Below are positions 19,427 through 31,400 of a DNA stretch of 64,000 nt, in pieces. This DNA comes from Longimicrobiales bacterium (GTDB lineage: Bacteria; Gemmatimonadota; Gemmatimonadetes; Longimicrobiales; Gaopeijiaceae), in NCBI GenBank assembly GCA_965203485.1, contig OZ241892.1, positions 1,824,001 to 1,888,000 on the forward strand, given 5' to 3'. Positions within the stretch are counted from its first letter, which is position 1, and every line of letters starts with the position of its first letter. A program made the translations under genes and the position numbers. The notes under the pieces are model-generated. The model was not told where the DNA came from and ran no database searches. It worked only from the letters and a program-made list of their open reading frames with translations.

Positions 19427-22400
19427 CTACCTGAGCTGGATGGCGCCTGCGATGCCGAGGCGGCGTTGCGGGGGTTCGAGCGGCGAGGAGGCGTGCTCGC
19501 CGTAGAGGTGGAGGAGGAAGCGCAGGCTCTGGGCGGGGTCTGCGGGCGAGTGCACGCCCGTGCCGGACTGGGCGGACGGGCCGAGCAACGAGAAGCGCGC
19601 GCCGGCGTTGAAGCGCTGGCCGGCGCCTGCGTCCTGGCTCCAGCGTCCGAAGGGCGTGATCGTGGCGCCGTTGTCGAGCGCGACGCCCCAGCCGAGTTCC
19701 ATGGCCATGCGCCCGGGCGCCCAGCCGGACGGCGCGGCCGTCGGCGCCGTTTGCACGGCGGGTTCGAGCGCGGCGGCGCCTTGGCGCCAGAGTTCGCCCG
19801 TGGCGCCCGCGCCGGCGCCCCATGCCGGCTCGACGGAGAGCGACAGGCCGTCCTCGGCGCCGCCGCCGGGCTGGAGCCGGAGCGAGACGCCGGCGCCCCA
19901 TTCGCGCAAGCCCTCGGCCTGGTGCGCGAGCAGCGCGCGCCCGCGCATCGCGACGGACAGGCCGGTGGGCGCGTGGTCGAACGACGCTTCGCCGCCCGCC
20001 TCGGCGCCGAGGCCGGTCTCGGCGTCGCCGGCGTCGAGGCGCGCGCCGAGCTCGAGCCGCGTGCGCAGCGACGCTTCGCCGCCGAGCGCCCAGGTCTTCG
20101 CGACTTCGGGCGCGAGCCGGACGCGGTGCGCGCGCGCGGTCACGCCTGCCAGGTCGGCCGCGTCGTCGGAGCGCACGCGCACGGAGAACGCGTCGGCCTT
20201 GAGCGCGATGCCGCCCGCCAGCTCGCGGCGCGCGCCGAGCGCGCCCATCAGCATCGCGATGTCGGCGCCGAACCGGCCGCCGGCCGTCTCCTCGAGCGTC
20301 GCGTCGCCGGTTCCGGCGCCTGCGAGGGCCCAGAGGCCGAGCCCGCCGGTGGGCGACCAGTGCACGTAGGGATGCACGCTGGTCAGGCTCGCGGCGACGG
20401 AGCCCGCGCCGTTGACGGCGCTCTCGAACTCGGTCTCGAAGCTGCTGCGCGCGCCGGCGACGCCGACGAGCAGGCCGGACGCGAAGCGGTAGTCGGCGCC
20501 GAGGTGCGCCGAGCGCGCGCGCCCGCCGTCGAAGCGCAGGCCGTCGGCCGGGCGGCCCTCGTAGCCGCCCATGCCGGCGCGGCCCCAGACGGTCCAGCCG
20601 GGACGCAGGCCGGCGGCGTCCTGCGCGCCGAACGCGCCCGAGTCGCTGGCCGCGCCGCCGCCGAGCGAGAGCTGGAACGAGCTGCGCTCGAGCAGGTCGC
20701 CGCCCGACAGCGGATTGAGCGTCACGCCGCCCGGCGTGGCCGCCGCCGGCTCCTGCTGGCCCCGGTAGTCGCCGCCCATGCCGAGGCCGCCGCCTGCCGG
20801 ACCGCCGAGTCCGCCTGCTCCCGCGCCCGGGCCGCCGAACAGCAGCGCGGCCGGGTCGAGCGCGCCAGCGGACGGCGCGCCGCCCAGGCCGCCGGCGCTC
20901 GGCAACGCGACTTGGACGCCGAGCAGGCCGGACGCGGCGCGCGCCAGCGCCTGCCAGCCGCACGCTCGAGCGCCCGTTTCGGCGCCCGCCCCCGCCTGCG
21001 CGGCCGCCCCGGCGGCTCCAACCCGGTCCTCCGCCCGTTGCGCGAAGCCGCCGTCGCACCCCACGGCGCGTCCTCCGAGCTGGAGGTGCGAGCGTCCGAG
21101 TCCGCCGGCCGACTCGATCCCGAGCCTGCCGCCGATCACGTCGACGGCCTCGGCGCCGAGCGAGCGCCCGAACGCGGCCAGCGCGCCCTCGAGCACGCGC
21201 GCTCGCTCGGAGCGCGACGCCTCGACGACGACGGCGACGGTCTGCTCGGCGGCCAGCCCGCCGGGATCGGTCGCCGTCACCGTCACGCTCGCCGTGCCGA
21301 TAGCGAACGGCTGGATGGTCAGCACGCCGCCCGCAACGCTCGCCGCCGCCACCGCCGTGTCGGACGACTCGGCGGCGTACGCGAGCGCGTCGCCGTCCGG
21401 GTCCCGGAAGTACGCGTCCAGCGTCTCCTGCACGGCCGCGCCGTGCGCGTCGAGCGCCGCGACGGCGATCTGCGCCGTCGCTTCGGGCGCCTCGTTGACG
21501 TCGGTCACGACGACGGTCGCGTTCGCCGTCGCCGCCAGGCCGCCCCTGTCCGTCGCGGCGACGACGAGCGCGTGCTCGCGCGGACCCGTCTCGTAATCCT
21601 CGCCGGCGCCGACGTAGCGCACGGCGCCGCTCGATGCGTCCAGCTCGAACAGGCCGCCGCCGTCCGAGACGAGGCTGTACGACAGCACGTCGCCCTCGTC
21701 CTCGTCGGCGGCGGCGACGGCGCCGACGGCGAGCGGGCCGGCCGCGTTCTCGGCCAGCTCGAACGTCCAGCTCGCCTGCTCGAACACGGGCGCCTCGTTC
21801 ACGTCGGCGACCGTCACGACGACGGCCGCCTGCGCGGCGAGGCCGTCGGCGCCCGTCGCGGCGACGACGAGCGCGTGCTCGCGCGGGCCCGTCTCGTAGT
21901 CCTCGCCCGCGCCCACGTAGCTGACCGCGCCGCTCGACGCGTCCAGCTCAAACAACCCGCCGCCGCCCGAGACCAGGCTGTACGACAGCGCCTCGCCCTC
22001 GTCCGGGTCGGTCGCGCTGACCGTGCCCAGCACGACTGGGCCGGCCGCGTTCTCGGCCAGCTCGAACGTCCAGCTCGCCTGCTCGAACACGGGCGCCTCG
22101 TCGGCGTCGGCGACGGCTATCACGACGCCGGCCGCCGCTCGCAATCCACCAGCGTCGGCGACGGCGACGGCCAGCGCGTGCTCGCGCGGACCCGTCTCGT
22201 AGTCTTCGCCGGCGCCGACGTAGCGCACGGCGCCGCTCGATGCGTCCAGCTCGAACAGCCCGCCGCCGCCCGAGACGAGGCTGTACGACAGCGCCTCGCC
22301 CTCGTCCGGGTCGGTCGCGCTGACCGTGCCCAGCACTATGGGCCCGGCCGCGTTCTCGGCCAGCTCGAACGTCCAGCTCGCCCGCTCGAACGCCGGCGCC

Positions 22401-25400
22401 TCGTTCGCGTTCGTCACCTTCACCGTCACGCGGACGGTCGACGCGAGGCCGCCGACGTCGGCGGCCGACACGACGAGCGCGTGCTCGCGCGGGCCGGCTT
22501 CGTAGTCTTCGCCCGCGCCGACGTAGCTGACCTCGCCGCTCGTCTCGTCCACCTCGAACAGGCCGCCGCCGCCCTCGCGCAGCCGGTAGTACACCTCGTC
22601 GCCCTCGTCCGGGTCCACGGCGCTCACGGCGCCCACGACGACGGCGCCCGCCACGTTCTCGGCCAGCTCGAACGCGTACGACTCGGCCCCGAACTTCGGC
22701 GGCCGCCCCGGCTCCGGCTCGCCGCCGCCGCCCTCGACCCTGCGCGTCGGATCGCTTGCGAACGCATGGCTGCCCAGCGACAGCGCGGCCGGCGTCGAAC
22801 CGTCGGCGGCCGACACGATCGCGGCGCCGCTCGCGTCCAGCGCGCCGGCGGCCAGCGCGATCCCGTTCGGCGCGCGGTCGTGAGGACGCACCTCGTACGC
22901 GAACTCGACGCGCCGCCCGCTCGCCGACGCCAGCGCGGCGTGAACCGTGCGCGTGCCCATCGCCAGCGCCAGACGCGGGCCGCCCGTCACGCTCACCGGC
23001 CGGTCGAACACGACGGCGATCTCGATCGTCTGGCCGGCGCGCCACCGGCCGCCCGACTGCGGACGGCTCGCTTCGACGCCCGCGACCGCAGGCGGCGACA
23101 CGACGCTGCCGTCCACCAAGTGGCCGCCGACGTTCGTCAGCGCGTGGCCGCCCAGCGACAGTCCAGCCGCCGCCGTGCCGCCCAGCAGCGTGATCGCGCC
23201 GCCGTTCAGCGACAGCGCGCCCGCGCCCACGCTCAATCCGTCCGCGTCGGCGTCCGCCGCCTGAACGGCGTACGCGAACTCGAGCGCCGCGCCCTGCGTC
23301 GCGCCCAACGCGCCGGCGGAACCGCCTGCGCCGCCCGCCGACCCGCCGGCCCAGCGCGCGCCTGCATAGCCCGCCGCGACGCCGGCCCAGCCCGCGCGCG
23401 CGGCGGCGCCGTAGCCGACGACGCGCACGAAGCGCGCCGTGCGCGTCTGCGCGCCGATCGTCAGCGCCAGCTGCGGCGAGCCCGTCACGGCGACGGCGCG
23501 GTCGAAGCGCACGTGCACGCGGATCTCCTCGCCCAGCTCGTAGCGCCCGCCGCCGATCGGCGCGCTCGCCAGCGTCACGCCCGCCACGGCAGGCGCCGTC
23601 TCGGCGCTCCCGTCCACCAGGTGGCCCGCGACGTTCGACAGCGCGTGCGTGCCCAGCGACAGCACCGCCGCCACGCGCCCGCCCGCGATCACGATCGTCC
23701 CGCCGTTCAAGGCCAGCGCGCCCGCCGCGACGCTCACGCCGTCGGCGTCGGCGTCGCCGCCCGCGACGACGTAGCCGAACACCAGCTCGGCCGTGCCGCT
23801 CCCGCTCGCGTAGCCCGCCTGCCGCGTCGCGCTCCCGATGCCCAGCGCCAGCTGCGGCGCGCCCGCAACGTCGACCGGACGGCTGAACGCCAGCGCGACG
23901 GCGATCCGCTCGCTCAACCCGTACGCGCTCCCGTTCGCAGGCGACGAGACCAGCCGCGCGCCCGTCACTACCGGCGCCGCCTCGAGCGTGCCGGCGACGG
24001 CGTGGCCGCTCGCGTTCACTATCGCGTGGCTGCCCAGCGACAGAACCGCCGCCGCCGTGCCGCCCGCGACCACCAGCGTCCCGCCGCTCAGCGACAGCGC
24101 GCCCGCGCCAACGCTGATCCCGTCCCTGTCGGCGTCCGCCGCCTGAACCACGTACGCGAACTCGAGCTCGGACGTGCCGCTCCCGCTCGCGTAGCCCGCC
24201 TGCCGCGTCGCAGCGCCGATGCCGAGCGCCAGCTCGGGCGTGCCCGTCACCGCCACCGCGCGGTCGAAGCGCACCGCCACCCGTATCTCCTCGCCCAGTC
24301 CGTACGACCCGCCGCCCGACGGCGCGCTCGCCAGCCGAGCGCCCGCAACCGCCGGCGCGCCCTCGACGCTGCCGTCCACCTTGTGCGCGCCAGCGTTCGC
24401 AATCGCGCTCGAGCCCAGGCCCAGGCCGGCCGCCGTCGACCCGTCGCGCGCGTCGGCTATCGCGCCGCCGTTCAACGACAGCGCGCTCGCGCCCACGCTG
24501 ATCCCGTCGGCGTCCGCGTCCGCGGATGCGACCACGTAGCCGAACACCAGCGCGCGCGTCCCGCTGCCGCCAGCGTAGCCCGCCTGCTTCGTCGCAGCGC
24601 CGATGCCCAGCGCCAGCTGCGGCGCGCCCGTCACGACGACCGGGCGCGCGAACGTCACCCGTACCTCGATGCGCTCGCTCAACCCGTACGTGTCGCCGCT
24701 CGCCGGCGCGCTCGTCACCGACGCCGCGCTCGGCGACGACGCCGTGAACGTCCCGCCCGCCACCTTGTGGCCCGCGCTGTTCGCCACCGCGTGCGCGCCC
24801 AGGCCCAGCAAAGCGTCGGCCGTGCCGCCCGACACCTTGATCGTCCCGCCGTTCAGCGCCAAAGCGCCCGCCGCGACGCTGATCCCGTCGGCGTCCGCGT
24901 CGGCGGACACGACCACGTACCGGAACGCCAGCGCAGCCGTGCCGCTCCCGCCCGCGTAGCCCGCCTGCTTCGTCGCAGCGCCGATGCCCAGCGCCAGCTG
25001 CGGCGCGCCCGTCACCGCCACCGGCTTGTTGAACTCGACCTCGACCTCGACCGTGTCGCCGCGCTCGAACGTGTCGCCCACCTGCGGCGACCCGATCGTC
25101 ACGCCCATCACCCCCGGCGGGCCGCGCGTCGCGTCCACGCGGTGGCCCGCAGCGTCCGCGACCGCGCTCGACCCCAGGCCCAGCGCCGCCGCCGTCGAAC
25201 CGTCGCGTCCGTCCGCGATCGTCCCGCCGTTCAGCGCCAAAGCGCTCGCGCCGATGCTGAGCCCGTCGGAGTCGGCGTCGCCCGCGACGACCACGTAGCC
25301 GAACGACAGCTGCGGCGTCCCCGTGCCGCCCGCGTAGTCCGCCTGCCGCGTCGCAGCGCCGAACGACAGCGCCAGCTGCGGCGTGCCCGTCACCGCCACA

Positions 25401-28400
25401 GCGCGCGCAAACGTCACCCGAACCTCGATCCGCTCGCCCAACCCGTACGTCGCGCCGCTCGCAGGACTGCTCGCGACCGCCACCCCCGTCACGCCAGACG
25501 CCGTGAACGTCCCGCCCGCCACCTTGTGGCCCGCGCTGTTCGATATCGCGTGCGTGCCCAACCCCAAAGTCGCGTCCAGCGTGCCGCCGGCCAGCCGAAC
25601 CGTACCGCCGTTCAATCCCAGCGCCGTCGTCGCGACGCTCAACCCGTCGGCGTCCACGTCCGCCGTCACCACCACGTAGCGGAACTCGAGCGACGACGTG
25701 CCGCTCCCGCTCGCGTAGACCGCCTGCTTCGTCGCGCTCCCGATCCCCAGCGCCAGCTGCGGCGCGCCCGTCACCGCCACCGCCCGGTTGAACGCCAGCG
25801 TCGCCACGATCGTGTCGCCCCGCTCGAACGTCGTGCCCACCGGCGGCGAGCCGAGCGTCACGCCCGTCACCCCGGGCGGCCCCAGGCTCCCGTTCACCTT
25901 GTGCGCCAAAGCGTTCGATATCGCATGGCTCCCCAGGCCCAGGCCCGCAGCCTCGCTCGCGTCGCGCGCGTCGTCGATCGCACCGCCGTTCAACGCCAGC
26001 GCGGCCGGCCCGACGCTCAAACCGTTCGCGTCGGAGTCCGCAGCCACCACCACGTAGCCGAACGCCAGCGTCTTCGTGCCGCTCCCGCTCGCGTACGACG
26101 CCTGGCGCGTCGAGTCGCCGATCGTCAACGCCAGCTGCGGCGTGCCCGTCACCGCCACGTTGCGGTCGAACGTCACCTCGACCTCGATCCGCTCCGTGCG
26201 ACCGTACGTGCTGTCGCTCGCTGGACTGCTCGATATCGACACCCCGCTCACCGACGACGCCGTGAACGTCGCGCCCGACACGCGCAACGCGCCGTCGTTG
26301 CCGATCGCATGGCGCTCCAGGCTCAGCAACGCGTCCGTCGTCCCGCCCGCAACGTCGATCGTGCCGCCGTTCAGCGCCAGCGCGCTCGCGCCCACGCTCA
26401 ACCCGTCGGCGTCAGCGTCCGCCGTCGCCACCACGTACCGGAACACCAGCGCCGCCGTGCCCGTCCCGCTCGCGTACGCCGCCTGCCGCGTCTGCGCCCC
26501 GATCCCCAGCGCCAGCTGCGGCGTCCCCGTCACGTCCACCGCCTTGTTGAACCGCACCGTCGCAACAATCGTGTCGCCGCGCTCGAACACCGCGCCCGCC
26601 GGCGGCGGCGCCACCGCCAACCCCGTCACCCCAGGCGGGCCCAACCCGCCGTTCACCTTGTGCGACGCAGCGTTCGTTATCGCGTTCGACCCCAAATCCA
26701 GGCTCGCAGCCGTCGCGCCCGGACGCGCGTCGTTGATCGTCCCGCCGTTCAACGCCAGCGCGCCCGCCGCGATGCTGAGCCCGTCCGCGTCCACGTCGGT
26801 CGGACGGACCGCGTACCCGAACACCAGCGTGTCCGCACTGCTCGACGCCGAATCGTAGTCCGCCTGGCGCGTCGCCGTCCCGATCCCCAAAGCCAGTCGC
26901 GGCGTCCCCGTCACCGCCACCGGACGGCTGAACGCCACCTTCACCTCGATAGACTCGCCCAGCTGGTACGTGCTCGCGCTCGCTGGCGCGCTCGACACCG
27001 TCACCGCGCTCACCGAAGGCGTCGTGAACGTCCCGCCCGCAACCTTGTGACCCGCGCTGTTCGTCACCACCACGCCCGCGCCCAGCCCCAGCGTCGCGTC
27101 CAGCACCCCGCCGGCGACCTTGATCGTTCCGCCGCTGAGCGCCAATGCGCTCGCTGCGATGCTGATCCCGTCCGCGTCGGCGTCGCCCGCCGCCACCACG
27201 TACCGGAACACCAGCGTGTCCGTGCCCGTCCCGCTCGCGTAGTCCGCCTGCCTGGTCGCGCTCCCGATGCCCAGCGCCAGTTGCGGCGTCCCCCCCACGT
27301 CCACCGGCCGGCTGAACACCACCGACACCTCGATCGTCTCGCCGCGCTCGAACGTCGTGCCCGCCACCGGCGAGCCGATCGACAGCGACGCCACGCCCGG
27401 CGGGCCCAGGCTCCCGTTCACCTTGTGCGAACGATCGTTCGCGACCGCATGGCTGCCCAAACCCAGGCTCGCCGCCGCCGTGCCGTCGCGCGCGTCGTTG
27501 ATCGCGCCGCCGTTCAACGCCAGCGCGCTCGCTCCGATGCTGATCCCCGTCGAGTCCGCGTCCGCAGCCACCACCACGTACCGGAACACGAGCGTCCGCG
27601 TCCCGCTCCCGCTCGCGTACGCCGCCTGCCGCGTCGCCGTCCCGATCCCCAGCGCCAGCTGCGGCGTCCCCGTCACCGTCACCGCGCGCACGAACTCGAC
27701 GGCCACCTCGATCCGCTCCGTGCGTCCGTACGTGCTGTCGCTCGACGGCGCGCTCGTGATCGCCACCCCGCTCACCGACGCCGCCGTCAGCGTCCCGCCG
27801 TCCACCTTGTGGCCCGAGCTGTTCGTCACCGCGTGGCCGCCCAACCCCAGCACCGCGTTCGTCGTCCCGCCCGCCTGCCGTATCGTCCCGCCGTTCAAGC
27901 TCAAAGCGTTCGCCGCTATGCTGATCCCCAGCGTGTCCGCGTCCGCAGCCACCACCACGTACCGGAACACCAGCGTGTCCGTCCCCGTCCCGCTCGCGTA
28001 CGACGCCTGCCTGGTCAGCGTGTCGACCGCCAGCGCCAGCTGCGGCGTCCCCGCAACGTCCACCGCCCGGTTGAACGCCACCGCCACCTCGATCGCGTCG
28101 CCTCGCTCGAACACGTCGCCCGACGGCGGCGACCCGATCGACAGACCGCTCACCACCGCACCAAGGCTCCCGTCCACCTTGCGCATCCCGTCGTTCGCAA
28201 TCGCCAACCGCCCCAACCCCCAAAACGGCGGCCGCACCGAATGCTGCGACTGCACGTTGCCGCCCGTGATCGCGTTCGCCGCGATGCTGATCCCGTCCGC
28301 GTCAGCGTCCGCCGCCTGTACCACGTAACGGAACCTCAGCGGGTTGTAGGTGTTGCCGCCCCCGAGCACCATCGACGCCTGCCGCGTCTGCGTCCCGATC

Positions 28401-31400
28401 CCCAGCGCCAACTGCGGCCCCGCGCCGCTGACCAGGACGGCCGTGTGGCTCAACGACACCGTCACCTCGATCGTCTCGCCCACACCGTACGTGCCACCCG
28501 AACCCGGACTGCTCACCGCAATCCCGCTCACGCCCGCCCTGTGCGTCGGATTCGTCGCCGTGCCCGTGTAGGCGCGCCCAAAGTCCAGCAACGCCGCATC
28601 GCTGCTCCCCGCACGCCGGATCGTGCCGCCGTTCAGAGCCAGAGCATCGCGCGCCACGCCGATCCCGTCGTCGTCCCTCGGGTCGTAGCCGTGCATCTGA
28701 TAACGAAAAACCAGCGTCGCCGTCCCCGTCCCGCTCGCATACGCCGCCTGCCTAGTCGCCGTCCCGATCACGATCGCCACCTGCGGCGTGCCCACAACGT
28801 CCACCGCCGCGCTGAACTCGACCGTCACCTGCATCCAGTCGCCCGCCACGAACTGATTCCATTGGCTCGTCGGCGGAACGGTGTTCAACGTCACCGACAG
28901 CACGCGAGCCGGCCGCACGCGGCTCCCGTCCACCTTGTGGCCCGTACTGTTCGAAACCGCGCTCGATCCCAAACCCAGACCCGCAGCAACCGAAACGTCG
29001 CGCGCGTCCGCTACCGTGCCGCCGTTCAGCCCCAGCGCGCCCGCCCCGATGCTCAACCCGTTCGTGTCCGCGTCCGCAGCCACCACAGCGTACCGGAACA
29101 ACAGCGTGTCCGTCCCCGTCCCGCTCGCGTACGACGCCTGCCGCGTCGAGCTCCCGATCCCGATCGCCAGCTGCGGCGTCCCCGTCACCGCCACCAGCCG
29201 CGTGAACGCCACCGCCACGTCGATCGTGTCGCCCAGCAAGTACGTGTCGCCGCCCGACGGAACGCTCGCCACCGACACACCGCTCACCGACGCCGCCGTC
29301 AGCGTCCCGCCGTCCACCTTGTGCCCGGCGCTGTTCGTGATCACGTGCCACGTCTGCAACTCCAGCAATGCGTTCGCCGTGCCGCCCGTCACCGCAATCG
29401 TGCCTCCGTTCAAGCCCAATGCGCCCGCGCCCACGCTCAACCCGTCCGCGTCAGCGTCCCCGGACGCCACCACGTACCGGAACGCCAGCGACCCCGACCC
29501 GCTGCCAGACGCGTAGCTCGCCTGCCGCGTCGCCGTCCCGATCGTCAGCGCCAGCTGCGGCGTCCCCGTCACCGTCACCCACCGCCCGAAACTCACCCTC
29601 GCCTCGATCGTGTCGCCCCGCTCGAACACGTCGCCCGTCACCGGCGACCCCAACGACACCCCCGTCACCACCGGCCGGTCGCCCGCCACCTTGTGCGCCG
29701 CCGCGTTCGCAATCGCATGGCTGCCCAATCCCAGCGCCGCCGCCGCCGAGCCGCCCGCTATCTCGATCGTCCCGCCGTTCAATGCCAACGCGCTCGTCCC
29801 GATGCTCACCCCGTCCGCGTCGCTGTCCGACGGCCCCACAGAATACTGGAACGTCAGCGTGCTCGTGCCCGTCCCGCTCGCGTACCCCGCCTGCCGAGTC
29901 GCCGCCCCGATCCCCAATGCCAACTGCGGCGTGCCCACAACGTCCACCGCACGGTCGAACGCCACCTCGACTCGGATCGCCTCGAACCGGTGGTACGTCG
30001 AATCCGTACCCGCGTCGCTCGCAATCGCCACACCGCTCACCCCAGGCGCCACCTCCTTCGTCCCGTCCACCTGGAACAACGCCGAGTTCGCGAAGTTCCA
30101 CGGCGCCAACGACAAGTTCGCGCCCGTCGTGCTCCCCGTCGCTCGAAGCGTCGCGCCGCCCGGCAACGTCAATGCGTTCGCGCCGACGCTGATCCCGTCC
30201 GAATCGCTGTCCGCAGCCACCACCGTGTAGCAGAACACCAACACGTTGGCTCCTGTCGTATCGCACAGCACAGCGCTCCGCGTCTGCGTGCCAATCCCCA
30301 ATGCCAAACGCGGCGTCCCCGTCGCCGTCACCGCCACGCCGAAGCTGACCGCCGCGCGTATCTCGTCGCCAAGACCGAACACGCTGTCCGTGCTCGCATA
30401 CGTCAACCCCGTGTTCGCCGGCGTCACGAAGAACACGCCCGACACCGTCGGCGGGCCGCCCAACACCTTGTGCGCCGCCGCGTTCGCGATCGTGTGAACC
30501 TGCAAACCCAAGTACGCGTTCACCGTCGCCGACCCCGCCCGCCGGATCGTCCCGCCGTTCAGAGCCAACGCGCCCGCGCTCACGCTCAATCCGTCCACGT
30601 CCTCGTCCCCAGGCGCCACCACGTACCGGAACACCAGCGAATCGCCCCCCGTCCCCGTCGCGTAGCCCGCCTGCTTCACCGCCGACCCGATCCCCAATGC
30701 CAGCTGCGGCGTGCCCGTCACGTCCACGTTCTCGTTGAACACCAACCCGACCTCGATCGTGTCGCCCGACGCATACGTGCTGTCGTTCCCCGCGTCGCTC
30801 GCAATCACCGTGCCCGTCACGTGAGGCACCGCCTGAGCGCCGTTCACCTTGTGCGCCGCCGCGTTCGCGATCGCGTGGCTGCCCAGACCAAGGTTCGCGA
30901 CCGCCGATCCGCCTGCTATCTCGATCGTCCCACCGTTCAGAGCCAAAGCGCTCGCGCCGATGCTCAACCCGTCCGAGTCGCTGTCCGTCAGCACAACCGT
31001 GTAGCGGAACCTCAAGGAGCGAGTTCCGGTGCCCGCCGCGTAGCCAGCCTGTCGCGTCTGCGTCCCGATCCCCAGCGCCACCTGCGGCGTCCCCGTCGCG
31101 TCCACCGGGCGGTCGAAGTCGACCTTGACCTCGATCGTGTCGCTTGCCCCGTACGTCGAGTCGGCGCCCGCGTCGCTGCTGATCGTCACGCCGCTCACGT
31201 TCGGCGCCGCCTCCTGGGCGCCGTCAACCTGGAAAGCTATGTCGTTCGTGACCTCGAATCCGGCCAGCGACACGTTCGCGTCCGTCGTCGTCCCCTGCCG
31301 CCGAATGTAGGCCCCCGACCCGGTAGGAAACGTCAGCGCGTTCGCGCCGATGCTGATCCCGTCCGAGTCCATGTCCGCCGCCACGACCGTGTAGCAGAAT

